Positions 18,867 to 28,968 are shown, numbered from the stretch's first letter. The stretch is 64,000 nt of DNA from Candidatus Shapirobacteria bacterium (GCA_041663285.1 JBAZSP010000001.1:7454-71453), one strand, 5' to 3'. Notes: generated from the letters alone by a model not told the origin. Numbers and translations are program-made.

Positions 18867-19211
18867 TTAGTTTCTCCAGTTTCCATTATTTCCGCCGCGG
18901 TTTCCGCCGCCAAAGCCTTGGCGTGGTCCACTCCGGGAGTAGTTATCTCTGGGTGGTCTATCTTCCATTGGTCGGGCTTCGTTGACTTTGATTGTTCTGC
19001 CGTCCAATTCTTTTTCATTCCACATTTCAATCGCTGCTTGAGCTTGTTCTTCTGTTTCCATCTCTACAAATCCAAAACCTTTGGATCTGCCGGAGAATTT
19101 ATCCATTATAACAACTGCCGAAACTACTGTTCCGGCTTGGGCAAATGCTGCCGCTAGGGATTGATCGGTGGTTGAGTAAGACAGGCCGCCGACATAAAGT
19201 TTTTTAGCCAT
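18867..19211 (-). CDS. RRM-domain glycine-rich RNA-binding protein
   Basis: RNP-2 LYVGGL and RNP-1 KGFGFVEM motifs. C-terminal RGG/Gly-Asn-rich tail. Confidence 0.85.
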   Translation of the reverse strand: MAKKLYVGGLSYSTTDQSLAAAFAQAGTVVSAVVIMDKFSGRSKGFGFVEMETEEQAQAAIEMWNEKELDGRTIKVNEARPMEDRPPRDNYSRSGPRQGFGGGNRGGNNGNWRN

Positions 19212-19521
19212 TTTTGGTTAAAAATAATTAATATGTAAGCGACCTCTTTTCTACAATTAACTTTCGAAAAATTCTACCTACCCTTGTATTTTAACCTAAC
19301 ATATGGAAATACACAAATACGAAGCTTTCACTATGGGTAGTCCCGCCTCAGCCAGAATGACTCTTTTAGTTGTAAACATTTGAAATCTATACTACTCTTA
19401 TTTCAGGATAGGCAAAAACCGTGAGTAATTCGCTTACCCTTTGGTTTCTTATTATTTCCATATAACCGACTTAGTTACTTTAAAAAATAATAGAAGTTTT
19501 TGCTCTCCAAACACTACTTAA

Positions 19522-20298
19522 ATGGCTGGCAACATTACTACCAAGCGGCTGGAAGCCTGGATGTATCGGGCTCCGAATGAGCATTTCGCCCTGATCGTCA
19601 GTATTTTTCTTCTGATTATTTTTGGTTTAATTTTTTCCAGCATTAATTTTATCGTCTTTCTTTTCCTTTTAATTTTGGGTTTGATTTACATCCAATTAAC
19701 CCAAGCTCAATATATCGGCAACGCCGTAAAGGTCACCCCCAGCCAATTTGCCGAGCTCTACGATGTCTTTAACTGTCATACCGAGAGGCTCAACATAAAC
19801 TCTGCCAATCTTTACATCAAGCAGGACCCTTACCTTAATGCTTTTACTGTCGGTTTGGGAACTTGCAGTGTAGTTTTGACATCCAGCCTGGTCGAACAGT
19901 TAAGCCTATCCGAGCTTGATTTCGTTATAGGTCATGAGCTTGGTCACTTTCAGTCCGGCCACACTGTAATTTCTTCTCTGATTAATCCGCTGGGAGGTAC
20001 TAACCCCCTTGGTTTTCTGATTTTTGGCATTTGGAGCCGGGTGGCCGAATATACTTCCGATCGTGCCGGTTTAATCCTCTGCAACAATATCGACTCCGCC
20101 GTTTCGTCCATGATCAAGCTTTCGGTTGGCGGCCGGCTATTTGGCAGGTTTAACGCCGCCGACTACGTCGACCAAATCAAAAGTTCCAAAGACGCTTCGG
20201 TCAAGTTTAGTGAAACCCTTCTTTCTCATCCGCTAACAACCAATCGGATCAGGAGGCTATTACAATTTTGGCGGGAAAGCTTTACAATTAATTCATAA
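19522..20298 (+). CDS. M48-family zinc metallopeptidase (HtpX-like) membrane protein
   Basis: TM helices followed by HELGHFQSGH (HExxH) and downstream Glu-containing segment characteristic of peptidase M48. Confidence 0.75.
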   Translation: MAGNITTKRLEAWMYRAPNEHFALIVSIFLLIIFGLIFSSINFIVFLFLLILGLIYIQLTQAQYIGNAVKVTPSQFAELYDVFNCHTERLNINSANLYIKQDPYLNAFTVGLGTCSVVLTSSLVEQLSLSELDFVIGHELGHFQSGHTVISSLINPLGGTNPLGFLIFGIWSRVAEYTSDRAGLILCNNIDSAVSSMIKLSVGGRLFGRFNAADYVDQIKSSKDASVKFSETLLSHPLTTNRIRRLLQFWRESFTINS

Positions 20299-20301
20299 GT
20301 T

Positions 20302-20937
20302 ATGAAGCCCTGCCCCCAGTGTACAGTTCTAAATCCTGAAGACAGTATCTATTGTCAGGAGTGTGGCCACAAACTGGTTAATTTTGGCGCCAAACTTACC
20401 CGCTCCGGTAAACGTTCATCAAGTCTGTCCAAGGAGCTGGAAGCCGGCCTTGGTCCTGTCTTTGTCCCACCCCAAAGATCACATTCGTTGGCTTTTATGT
20501 TTTTTGGAGCCGTTGTCTTGGCCATAACTTTTTTGGCCATCCTCGGCTCCGTTGTCGGTTCCGACGACGTTGACCGCCTGTCGTCATTGTCAAATACCAA
20601 AGTCTCGCCATCAGTTAAGTCAGCGGTCCCTCTCACCAATTTATCTCTAACCGGCATTGACTCCGAATGGCGGGGTACTTACCCCCAGTCGGTTTTTTAC
20701 GTCAATGGCACTATAACCAACAACTCTGCCACTTCTGTCCGCAACACCATGCTACGGGTTGATTTTTATTGGGATAAAGATCTTACCGATATTTTTGATA
20801 CCCGTTATTTGAAGATCACTACCGCCATTTCCTCCAACAATCGCCATTCTTTTTCCCACCCGATCTCCGGCTTCTTTCCCAAAGACAATAAAAACTTTTG
20901 GTATCTGGTTACCGTTATTAGTTCCGAAAAAGATTAA
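20302..20937 (+). CDS. Zinc-ribbon domain membrane protein (hypothetical)
   Basis: CPQC...CQECG zinc ribbon at N-terminus, one TM, extracytoplasmic domain. Confidence 0.5.
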   Translation: MKPCPQCTVLNPEDSIYCQECGHKLVNFGAKLTRSGKRSSSLSKELEAGLGPVFVPPQRSHSLAFMFFGAVVLAITFLAILGSVVGSDDVDRLSSLSNTKVSPSVKSAVPLTNLSLTGIDSEWRGTYPQSVFYVNGTITNNSATSVRNTMLRVDFYWDKDLTDIFDTRYLKITTAISSNNRHSFSHPISGFFPKDNKNFWYLVTVISSEKD

Positions 20938-21434
20938 TGGGTTGCCATAAGTGTCATAAGGAAATTAGTCCTGCCGCCAAATTCTGCAATTATTGCGGCG
21001 AACCGGTACTAGCTTTGGCCACTCTTCCGGCTCCTTCAGGGCTTCGTTTCCTCAACCTCTTTCTTGACAATATTTTCCAATATTCGATTATTTTCGTATT
21101 AGTAATTGCCTTTTCTTTAGTAAAAGTTCTTCTGTCCAAAGAACCTTCTTACGACCCGTCCTTTGAGCAAGTCCTGGCATCAATCCTTCGCCCAGCCATT
21201 CTTGTCCTCCATTTTGTTTATTATATTTCCTCTGAAGCCTTGTGGCAGCGCAGCCCGGCAAAGTTTATCACCGGCACCAAGGTAGTAAGTAGCACCGGCG
21301 GCAAACCTCTTATTTCTCAAATTATTATTCGCTCACTTTGCCGGCTCATCCCCTTTGAACACTTTTCCTTTTTTGGTAAGAATCCGGTTGGCCTCCACGA
21401 CAAGATATCCAAAACTATCGTTGTCAAAGCTTAG
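20937..21434 (+). CDS. Zinc-ribbon + polytopic membrane protein (RDD-like?)
   Basis: CHKC...CNYCG zinc ribbon followed by 3 hydrophobic helices. RDD-family resemblance is weak. Confidence 0.45.
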   Translation: MGCHKCHKEISPAAKFCNYCGEPVLALATLPAPSGLRFLNLFLDNIFQYSIIFVLVIAFSLVKVLLSKEPSYDPSFEQVLASILRPAILVLHFVYYISSEALWQRSPAKFITGTKVVSSTGGKPLISQIIIRSLCRLIPFEHFSFFGKNPVGLHDKISKTIVVKA

Positions 21435-22276
21435 AGCGAAATCTTTTCGGCCACTATAATATTGTCCCATCCCATTTTCGGTATTGGAAACATATCCATA
21501 AATCTGTCCAAAACTATCGTCAGTCCTAAAAACATCGGATGGTTGTCCAAAAATGCTCCGCCAAACACCAGACTGCTTCTGTAAGTTCTGGCAATCCTAA
21601 ACCCCTTATTTCTGATTAGTTGGCATAATTCATCCAGCTCGAATAATTTTACATGTTGCTCCTCTTCGCCCATTTTTTGCCTTTTTTCTTCCTCGGTAAA
21701 TAGTACTTTGGCTTCCTTATCTTCTTCCCGGGTGGCCATTGTTTTTAACCACCTGCCGGCATGTTTTACCCAGTTATTCCTGTTAGGAGTTGACACTACC
21801 AGCCTTCCCCCGCCATTAAGGCTCCGGCTGATATTTTCAAGTACCTCTTCGGGATTTGCCACATGTTCCAAAACCTCCGACAAAATAATCAAGTCAAATT
21901 TTTGGTCCAACCTGTCATGTTCAATATTCTTTTTGGCGAATTTAATCTTATCAACCTCTTTAAATTTGGCTGCCCGGTTTCCATACTCCACAAATTCTTC
22001 CGATAGGTCATAACCCCAAAAAGTAATGTTCTTATTAATTTCTTTAGCCATCCTGGCCAGTCTCAAAAGCAAAGCTCCATTACCGCAGCCAAAATCTCCG
22101 ATAGTTAGCGGTCTATCAGGTGACGATTTTTTGATAAATTCAATAACGTCTCCTTCTATATATTTTTTTGTTTTTCTCCAAGCGTAGGCGACGGAAGGGG
22201 ATTCCAAGTTAAGCTGGTTGAACCAAATCTGGTATTCGCCGTATTTCTGATAAAAAGCCTCAAAAGTTTTTTCCAT
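21431..22276 (-). CDS. Class I SAM-dependent methyltransferase
   Basis: Motif I IGDFGCGNGALL, motif post-I (D/E), LSEVLEHV motif II/III pattern. Confidence 0.8.
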   Translation of the reverse strand: MEKTFEAFYQKYGEYQIWFNQLNLESPSVAYAWRKTKKYIEGDVIEFIKKSSPDRPLTIGDFGCGNGALLLRLARMAKEINKNITFWGYDLSEEFVEYGNRAAKFKEVDKIKFAKKNIEHDRLDQKFDLIILSEVLEHVANPEEVLENISRSLNGGGRLVVSTPNRNNWVKHAGRWLKTMATREEDKEAKVLFTEEEKRQKMGEEEQHVKLFELDELCQLIRNKGFRIARTYRSSLVFGGAFLDNHPMFLGLTIVLDRFMDMFPIPKMGWDNIIVAEKISL

Positions 22277-22375
22277 AACTCTATTCTATCGTAACCACTT
22301 GTCCAATTTAATCTGGCAATAATTATTGCTCAACATTGTTAACAATATACCTACTGTGTTACATTAAACATACTT

Positions 22376-23455
22376 ATGAAAGCAATCATCACCGCTGGCG
22401 GCCGGGGCACCCGCATGCGCCCCATGACCTTTTCCACCAATAAACATTTGATCCCTCTGGCCAACAAACCCCTTCTCTATTATCCGATTGAAGAAGTTGT
22501 TGCCGCCGGTATTAAGGATATCGCCATCAATTACAACCCCGGTCAGCTGGAAGAGCTCCAGGCGGCTTTGGGTGATGGTAGCCGTTGGGGGGCCCATTTG
22601 ACTTTCATTCTTCAGGAGCAGCCCAAGGGTTTAGCCAATATTTTTCAAATTGCCCGTGACTTTGTTGGTTCCGATAAATTCTTAATGCATCTGGGCGATA
22701 ATATTTTTTATGGCGGTATCAAAGATTTAGTCGATAAATTCTCCAAAAGCGATTCCCAGGGGATGGTTCCCATCCTCCATCATCCCGAAAATCGCCGAAT
22801 GGGAGTTCCTTTTTTTGATGATCAGGGGAATCTGGTTAAGTATGTCGAAAAACCGGAAAACCCACCCCATGACTTTGCCGTTCCCGGTCTTTATTTTTTT
22901 ACTCCTTTAATTTATCAATGCTTCGAAGGCCAGGATGCCATCAAGCCCTCTCCCCGCGGTGAATTGGAAATCAGCTCTCCTTATCAGTGGCTAATCGACC
23001 ATCACCACCGGGTAGAGACTTACGAATTTAAAGGTATTTGGCAGGATCCGGGCAAGTTTGAAGATTGGATCGAAACTAATCAATTTTTAATTGACCGTCA
23101 GGTAGTTGATTGCCGGAAGTCTACACTAGATGCTACTGTCAAAGTCGAAGGACGATTACAAATTGGCCACAATTGTCAGATTACTAATAGCCTCTTACGT
23201 GGGCCGGCCATAATCGGGGACAATGTCGTCATTCGGGATTCTTTTATCGGGCCTTATTCTTCCATAAACGACAATTGCACCATTCTTAATAGTCATATTC
23301 AGAACTCCATTCTCGGGCCGCAGGTAAAAATTACCAACTTGCCGAAAGCCGTCGACAGCAGTTTAATTGGCGAAAGCTCGATGCTTTTTGGTGACCATCA
23401 GCTTTCCGGATCCATCGAGCTTTTCGTTGGCAATCAATGCCAACTTCATCTATAA
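22376..23455 (+). CDS. Sugar-1-phosphate nucleotidyltransferase (glucose-1-phosphate thymidylyl/uridylyltransferase-like) with C-terminal left-handed beta-helix domain
   Basis: N-terminal GGRGTRMRPMTFSTNKHLIPLANKPLLYYPIE signature of NTP-transferase. C-terminal hexapeptide-repeat region. Confidence 0.8.
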   Translation: MKAIITAGGRGTRMRPMTFSTNKHLIPLANKPLLYYPIEEVVAAGIKDIAINYNPGQLEELQAALGDGSRWGAHLTFILQEQPKGLANIFQIARDFVGSDKFLMHLGDNIFYGGIKDLVDKFSKSDSQGMVPILHHPENRRMGVPFFDDQGNLVKYVEKPENPPHDFAVPGLYFFTPLIYQCFEGQDAIKPSPRGELEISSPYQWLIDHHHRVETYEFKGIWQDPGKFEDWIETNQFLIDRQVVDCRKSTLDATVKVEGRLQIGHNCQITNSLLRGPAIIGDNVVIRDSFIGPYSSINDNCTILNSHIQNSILGPQVKITNLPKAVDSSLIGESSMLFGDHQLSGSIELFVGNQCQLHL

Positions 23456-23462
23456 TGCTTTC

Positions 23463-23867
23463 ATGCCCATTGTCTGGTCTCCGGACTTAAGTGTCAACGT
23501 CGAACTTCTTGATCACCAGCACCAGGACTTTTTAAAAGTTCTGAATGAGCTTTATTCATCACTTCAGGACTTTCAAAATATGACCGATTTAGATGTTATA
23601 TTTACAAAGTTAAAAACGTACATTGACGCCCACTTCACTACCGAAGAAGGTTATTTTCACCAATATCATTACCCTGATACCGCTGTCCACATAGAAGAGC
23701 ATCATAAATTCAAAATCAAAATGGCTGATTTTGCCAAGCACTCTCACGGTGGTCAGATGACTCTCTATTTAGAACTTATTGACTATTTAGAAGAATGGCT
23801 GGTAAATCATCTAAAATCCATGGATCAAAAATATTCCCATTTTTTTAATTCGCAGGGATTATTTTAA
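23463..23867 (+). CDS. Hemerythrin-like metal-binding protein (bacteriohemerythrin)
   Basis: H..H...E / H...H....D spacing (LDHQHQDF, HFTTEEGYF, HIEEHHKF, LVNHLKSMD). The ORF-track start at 23367 overlaps the preceding gene in another frame; the internal ATG at 23463 is more plausible. Confidence 0.6.
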   Translation: MPIVWSPDLSVNVELLDHQHQDFLKVLNELYSSLQDFQNMTDLDVIFTKLKTYIDAHFTTEEGYFHQYHYPDTAVHIEEHHKFKIKMADFAKHSHGGQMTLYLELIDYLEEWLVNHLKSMDQKYSHFFNSQGLF

Positions 23868-23877
23868 ATAACCTTTT

Positions 23878-24279
23878 ATGGCTGCCTGGTCTGACTGGTA
23901 TAACCAACTTATCAAACCCGCCTGGACTCCACCCGGATCAACTATTGGTCTGATTTGGACCATAATTTACCCCCTGATTATTTTAAGTCTGGGACTGGTT
24001 ATTTCTCAGCATGTTGCCGGCAAAATAAAATTCCGCACCCTCCTACCCTTTATCCTCAATTTGTTTTTTAACCTGGCCTTTACCCCCATCCAGTTTGGCT
24101 TAAGAAATTTGCCCCTGGCCATGATAGATATTCTGCTAGTCTGGTTTACCATTCTCTGGTCAATAATTTCCATTTGGCCTACCTCAAAACTTGTCGTAAT
24201 CCTTCAGTTACCCTATCTGCTTTGGGTAACTATCGCCACTTACCTTCAATCTTTTATTACCCTAAACAACTCGTCGTAA
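23878..24279 (+). CDS. TspO/MBR-family tryptophan-rich membrane protein (short form)
   Basis: Characteristic start WSDWYNQLIKPAWTPPGSTIGLIWTIIYPLI and Trp-rich TM helices. 133 aa is shorter than typical TspO. Confidence 0.55.
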   Translation: MAAWSDWYNQLIKPAWTPPGSTIGLIWTIIYPLIILSLGLVISQHVAGKIKFRTLLPFILNLFFNLAFTPIQFGLRNLPLAMIDILLVWFTILWSIISIWPTSKLVVILQLPYLLWVTIATYLQSFITLNNSS

Positions 24280-24281
24280 AC

Positions 24282-24968
24282 ATGCCCAACCCATCCGTTT
24301 CCGGCAGCTTAACTATCAGCCAGCAGCATGGCTTGGCCGCCCTCAAAGAGACCGACTTGTCTGTTTATTGCCCCGGAGCTACCGTTATCGGGCCCGATAT
24401 CTTGGCGATGGCTGACCAAAATCCCCGCCGGACTATAATTGCCTCTTTTGCCGATAAATTAAAAGCGCTTGAATCAGGGGAAAACATTACTTCGCCCGGC
24501 CTATCATCCCGGATTATTGTAAAAATTGAAGAACTTGCTCCGCCCCTGGCCTATCCCGAAAAGAATTTTGATTTTGTCTACGCTAGATTGTCTCTTGGCC
24601 ACCTCACTTGTCAGCAACTGGATTCAGTCCTTAACGAATTTAATCGCGTTCTTCGGCTCAAAGCTAAAATCTTTATCGTTGCTTATTCTGTCGATGACCC
24701 CGATACCAAAATTCCCGGTGCCGTTTTCGATTCTAGCACCAGTTTAACCGCTTACCCTTTTCTCAACCAAAACGGTCAAATCGAAAAAGACAGATTAATA
24801 AAACGTTATTTTCAATCGCAGAAATCACTTTCCAACCACCTTTTCCACGCCGGTTTTAAGGTTAGTTATCTCGACCAATACTCCGAACTCAATTCTCCCG
24901 GTTCTTATGGCTCTTTGCCTACGGATCCTGCCCACAACTTAGTCGAGGTAGTCGCAGTCAAACAATAA
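24282..24968 (+). CDS. Hypothetical protein (possible SAM-methyltransferase-like fold)
   Basis: Start set at the ATG after the TspO stop; the track ORF 24174 overlaps TspO. Weak Rossmann-like VYCPGATVIG...FDFVYA pattern only. Confidence 0.35.
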   Translation: MPNPSVSGSLTISQQHGLAALKETDLSVYCPGATVIGPDILAMADQNPRRTIIASFADKLKALESGENITSPGLSSRIIVKIEELAPPLAYPEKNFDFVYARLSLGHLTCQQLDSVLNEFNRVLRLKAKIFIVAYSVDDPDTKIPGAVFDSSTSLTAYPFLNQNGQIEKDRLIKRYFQSQKSLSNHLFHAGFKVSYLDQYSELNSPGSYGSLPTDPAHNLVEVVAVKQ

Positions 24969-24973
24969 CGCCT

Positions 24974-25603
24974 ATGTGTGGCCGATATCTTTTGACCCCC
25001 GATCCCGATTTTTACTCTCGCTATTCTCTCTCAGCTCAAATTTCTCTGCCGCCCACCTTAGCCGATTTCTCTCCCGGGGGTAGGGGGCTAATCGTAATTC
25101 GCAATCAAAGCCAAAATCAACTGGAAACTGCATTATGGGGGCTCATCCCTTTTTGGGCCAAAGATCCAAAAATTGGTGTCAAACTTTTTAATGCCCGTAG
25201 CGAAACATTAGCTACAAAACCAGCCTTTAGTCGTTCTTTTTTCCGTCAACGGTGTTTAGTTCCGGCATCGGCTTTTTATGAATGGCAAAAGTCCGATACT
25301 GGTAAAAAAGTACCTTATTTGGTTTCACTCAAAGACAATCAAAATTTTTCTCTCGCCGGAATATCTGCTACTTGGCAGGATCCCCAGGGTAATTCCGTTC
25401 AAACCTACACCATCATCACCACCCAGCCCAACTCCTTAATCGCCCCCATTCATCACCGGATGCCGGTTATTATTTCCCGTCCTGACGAAAACAGCTACCT
25501 CAATCCGGACACCTCGTCCTCCCAACTAAAAAAATATCTAAAGCCCTATCCGGCCGCTCTACTCCGGGTGGAAAAACTAACCCGATCCTCTGGTCGGGAT
25601 TGA
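24974..25603 (+). CDS. SOS-response-associated peptidase (SRAP/YedK/HMCES family, abasic-site processing protein)
   Basis: Catalytic N-terminal MCGRY. Conserved ...WGLIPFWAKD... and ...FYEWQK... blocks. His near the C-terminus. Confidence 0.85.
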   Translation: MCGRYLLTPDPDFYSRYSLSAQISLPPTLADFSPGGRGLIVIRNQSQNQLETALWGLIPFWAKDPKIGVKLFNARSETLATKPAFSRSFFRQRCLVPASAFYEWQKSDTGKKVPYLVSLKDNQNFSLAGISATWQDPQGNSVQTYTIITTQPNSLIAPIHHRMPVIISRPDENSYLNPDTSSSQLKKYLKPYPAALLRVEKLTRSSGRD

Positions 25604-25634
25604 CAGTCAACTTTTTTTAGCCCACAATCAACAT

Positions 25635-26537
25635 ATGTCCGGCCCTACCGGCTTGTCCTCAAGCCCAAAACTTTTTCGCCAAATCATTGATGATTTACCT
25701 ATTCCTCTTTTTGTAAAAAACGCCAAACTCCAATACCTTTTTAGCAGCAAAAGCTTTCACCACAATTTACTGGGGCTTAGTTCGTCCCAGGCCTTAGCCA
25801 GCCAGAACGATGTTTTTTTATCAGCCCTAAAGCCCAAATTTCGTCTCCAATTTCTATCTTTACAACGTCAGTTATTGGCATCGCCCGGAAACACCTCCAT
25901 TGATGTTGGTTTAGATCTTCCCGGTGGTTCTTCTTTTTATCGGTTACATTTGACCTCAATTACTTCGGGCATTTCCGGCGGCGGCTTAATCGGTTATCTC
26001 ATCCGTTTAAATGATTCGTCATCCTTTCCGGCTAAATCAGAAGAATCCGGCGATTTAATTCAGCGGATTGTTGATCTTTTACCGGTCGGGGTTTTCTGGA
26101 AAGATCACAACTTTAAATATCTGGGCTGCAACCAGGTTTTTGCCCAGGACGCAAACCAATCATCGGCTAGTGCCGTCATCGGCAAAACTGATTTTGAAAT
26201 CTACTCTGAAGACAGGGCCAAAAAATACCGCGAAGACGACCAAAACGTTTTTGTACAGGGTAAGTCAAAAATCAATCAGGAAGAAAAACGGACTCTGCCA
26301 TCAAAAAAGGATCACTGGATTCGGCTTTCCAAGATCCCTCTCACCGATCCTGCCGGCCAGATTATTGGTGTTGTCGGAGTCTACGATGATATCACTGATA
26401 TTAAAAAAGCCGAATCGGAACTAACCGACAAACTTGCCCAGTTGGAAAAGATTAACCGATTTATGGTCGGCCGTGAATTAAAAATGATTGAGCTCAAAAA
26501 TCGTATCCGCCAACTGGAAGAACAGCTAAAACAGTAG
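25635..26537 (+). CDS. PAS-domain protein with C-terminal coiled coil
   Basis: PAS-like segment (IVDLLPVGVFWKDHNFKYLGCNQVFA...IGKTDFEIY...). C-terminal heptad-rich ELKMIELKNRIRQLEEQLKQ. No output domain. Confidence 0.6.
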   Translation: MSGPTGLSSSPKLFRQIIDDLPIPLFVKNAKLQYLFSSKSFHHNLLGLSSSQALASQNDVFLSALKPKFRLQFLSLQRQLLASPGNTSIDVGLDLPGGSSFYRLHLTSITSGISGGGLIGYLIRLNDSSSFPAKSEESGDLIQRIVDLLPVGVFWKDHNFKYLGCNQVFAQDANQSSASAVIGKTDFEIYSEDRAKKYREDDQNVFVQGKSKINQEEKRTLPSKKDHWIRLSKIPLTDPAGQIIGVVGVYDDITDIKKAESELTDKLAQLEKINRFMVGRELKMIELKNRIRQLEEQLKQ

Positions 26538-26544
26538 CCAGCCT

Positions 26545-28968
26545 ATGTTCCACCTGCCGTTGCCCCACTCTCTTAAAATTAGACTGATTACCCTTTTTTT
26601 ATTACTCGGATCTTTCTTTGCCATATTTACTGCCAAAATTATTTCATCTTATGTCAGTCGCTTTTCCCAAGCTCAACAACACCACACTCTGGCTTTGCAG
26701 GCCAATAGTCACACCCAAAAAATTAATTTTCTTTTTCTTCGCAATCAATCGCTGGCAAAAAATTTAAGCAATAATCCGATTATCCAAAGTTTCCTTACCG
26801 GCACTTTCCCCGAAGCCTCTGTCTTAAGCCAGTTTCAGGCCGTTTTTGATCCTTCGTCTAGCTCGGCTATAAGTCTTTTGGGCCCCAATAGTTTGGTGGA
26901 AGTCTTAGGAAGTTCCTTGCTGAATGACCAGGGCCGCCCCCCCACTCCTTCTTATCAAAAATTTCAAGTCGGGCAACCCGCTATCCAATTATCTGACGAT
27001 GGTTCAGTTTACTATTTTTCTCACCCCGTTACTTCGCCCGAAGCTTTGGTTATTGGCGTCATTGTTGTCACCCAGGATGCCGGCGTCCTTGCCCAAGAGC
27101 TTCCCGACCTCAAGCCCGGGGAATCAATTTCTTTGACCGACGAATTCGGTATTATTGCTTACTCTACCGAACCGTCCAGGCTTCACCACAGTCTGGGCCG
27201 GCTCACTTCCCAAGCCAAAACCCAAATTAAATCAAACAACCTCTATCCCAATATCAATATTAGCCCTCTTGGCTATGATTCCATCCAGCAACAGTTAAAA
27301 AGTATTAGTACGCCTCAAACTTTTTCAATAGCCGATCCCTCAACTCAATTACCCAATCTTCTTTCCGTCGCCAAGCTTCCCGATTTTCCTTACTACTATC
27401 TCATGGAACTGCCTGGTCATGATGGCTTATCACCGGCCGTCTCCCTCTCACTTTATCTGGGTGCAATTCTGGTTATTTCTTTCCTTGCCTTTACTCTTCT
27501 TATCATTTTTATTACCTCCAAATTTTTGCAGCCACTAGGTCAGCTCAAACAGGCGGCTTTCCGGGTTACTCAAGGTGATTTTGCCCAAGTAGTACCGGTT
27601 CAGTCTTCCGATGAGTTTGGCAAATTGGCCGAAAGTTTCAACACCATACTGTCTGTTATCCGTCAATCCCATTCTGCCACCGAGAGCCAGGTCACTCGTC
27701 AAACCCAGCAACTTTTGGAGGAGCATACCCATACCGATTCCCAGCAACGGGCAATTTTAAATATTCTCGAAGATATCGAAGACGAGAAAAACAAAACCCA
27801 GGAGTTAGCCAATCGTCTCCAAGAAAAAAGTCAGATCCTTACTGAAGAAAAATTCAAAACCGACTCTCTTCTGGAAAGTATCGGCGACGGAATTATTGCC
27901 ACTAACGAACATGGCGAAATTTCGGTTGTCAATTTAAGTGCTCAACAGCTTTTAGGCTATCCTCAATCCGAACTTCAGGGCCGTCCGGTTTATCCCACCC
28001 TCCGTCTGCTCGACAAAAACCTTAAAGAAGTCCCCAAGAATCGGCGCCCAATTATTATCGCCCTTTCATCCGGCAAAAAAATGTCAACGCCTACCAGTGA
28101 AGCCTTTTATTATCAAAAAAAAGACGGCTCACTTTTTCCCGTCGGAGTAACCGTCACCCCTTTTATGCTAAAAAATCGGACGGTTGGAGCTATTGAAGTC
28201 TTTCGGGACATTACCATCGAAAAAGAAATTGACAAAGCCAAAACCGAATTCGTTTCCTTAGCATCCCACCAGCTAAGAACGCCCCTGACCACGGTTAGTT
28301 GGTATACCGAAATGCTTTTGTCCGGGGATGCCGGTAAGCTAAGTCCCCGGCAGATAGAATTTTTAAAAGTTATTTATCAGGGTAATCGGCGGATGAACGA
28401 CCTAGTCTCCGATTTGCTAAATATTTCCCGAATAGAATTAGGGACTTTTGTGGTCGATCCCAAACCCATCAGTATTCCGGAATTAGTCAATGAGGTTTTA
28501 GCCGACCTTCGCCCCTTAATTATTGAAAGAAAAATCAGGGTACTTACTTCTTTTGGCCGCAAGCCACCTGTTATCACTGCCGACCCCGGCTTATTAAGGA
28601 TGATAGTTCAAAACCTAATCTCAAACGCTGTCAAATACAGTAAAAACCGACACCAGATAAAGCTATCCGCCGAAGTAGGCAAAACTAATTTCCTGATAAC
28701 CGTTTCCGATCAGGGAGTCGGCATCCCCGTCTCTCAACAGTCCCTTATATTTTCCAAAATGTTTAGGGCAAATAACGCCCGACAAAAAAACATTGAAGGC
28801 AATGGTTTAGGCCTTTATATCGTTAAATCCATTGTTGACTATTCCGGTGGGAAAATTTGGTTTGAGTCAATCGAAAACAAAGGCACTACTTTTTACGTCA
28901 CCTTACCCCGTCGCGGCATGCCCGGCAAAATAGGCACCAAGGCCTTAACCGGTAGTCTGGTCCTGTAA
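26545..28968 (+). CDS. Sensor histidine kinase, multi-domain (TM, extracytoplasmic sensor, HAMP-like, PAS, HisKA, HATPase_c)
   Basis: Two TM segments flanking a ~270-aa sensor region. PAS (SIGDGIIATNEHGEI...). H-box ASHQLRTPLTTV. N/G boxes (NAVKYS, DQGVGI, GNGLGLYIV). Confidence 0.85.
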   Translation: MFHLPLPHSLKIRLITLFLLLGSFFAIFTAKIISSYVSRFSQAQQHHTLALQANSHTQKINFLFLRNQSLAKNLSNNPIIQSFLTGTFPEASVLSQFQAVFDPSSSSAISLLGPNSLVEVLGSSLLNDQGRPPTPSYQKFQVGQPAIQLSDDGSVYYFSHPVTSPEALVIGVIVVTQDAGVLAQELPDLKPGESISLTDEFGIIAYSTEPSRLHHSLGRLTSQAKTQIKSNNLYPNINISPLGYDSIQQQLKSISTPQTFSIADPSTQLPNLLSVAKLPDFPYYYLMELPGHDGLSPAVSLSLYLGAILVISFLAFTLLIIFITSKFLQPLGQLKQAAFRVTQGDFAQVVPVQSSDEFGKLAESFNTILSVIRQSHSATESQVTRQTQQLLEEHTHTDSQQRAILNILEDIEDEKNKTQELANRLQEKSQILTEEKFKTDSLLESIGDGIIATNEHGEISVVNLSAQQLLGYPQSELQGRPVYPTLRLLDKNLKEVPKNRRPIIIALSSGKKMSTPTSEAFYYQKKDGSLFPVGVTVTPFMLKNRTVGAIEVFRDITIEKEIDKAKTEFVSLASHQLRTPLTTVSWYTEMLLSGDAGKLSPRQIEFLKVIYQGNRRMNDLVSDLLNISRIELGTFVVDPKPISIPELVNEVLADLRPLIIERKIRVLTSFGRKPPVITADPGLLRMIVQNLISNAVKYSKNRHQIKLSAEVGKTNFLITVSDQGVGIPVSQQSLIFSKMFRANNARQKNIEGNGLGLYIVKSIVDYSGGKIWFESIENKGTTFYVTLPRRGMPGKIGTKALTGSLVL

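Noticed and set aside
23367-23462. ORF-track start of the hemerythrin-like gene at 23367, overlapping the nucleotidyltransferase by 89 nt
   Set aside because: The first 32 codons overlap the upstream gene in another frame and lack domain content. The ATG at 23463 gives a standard hemerythrin N-terminus.
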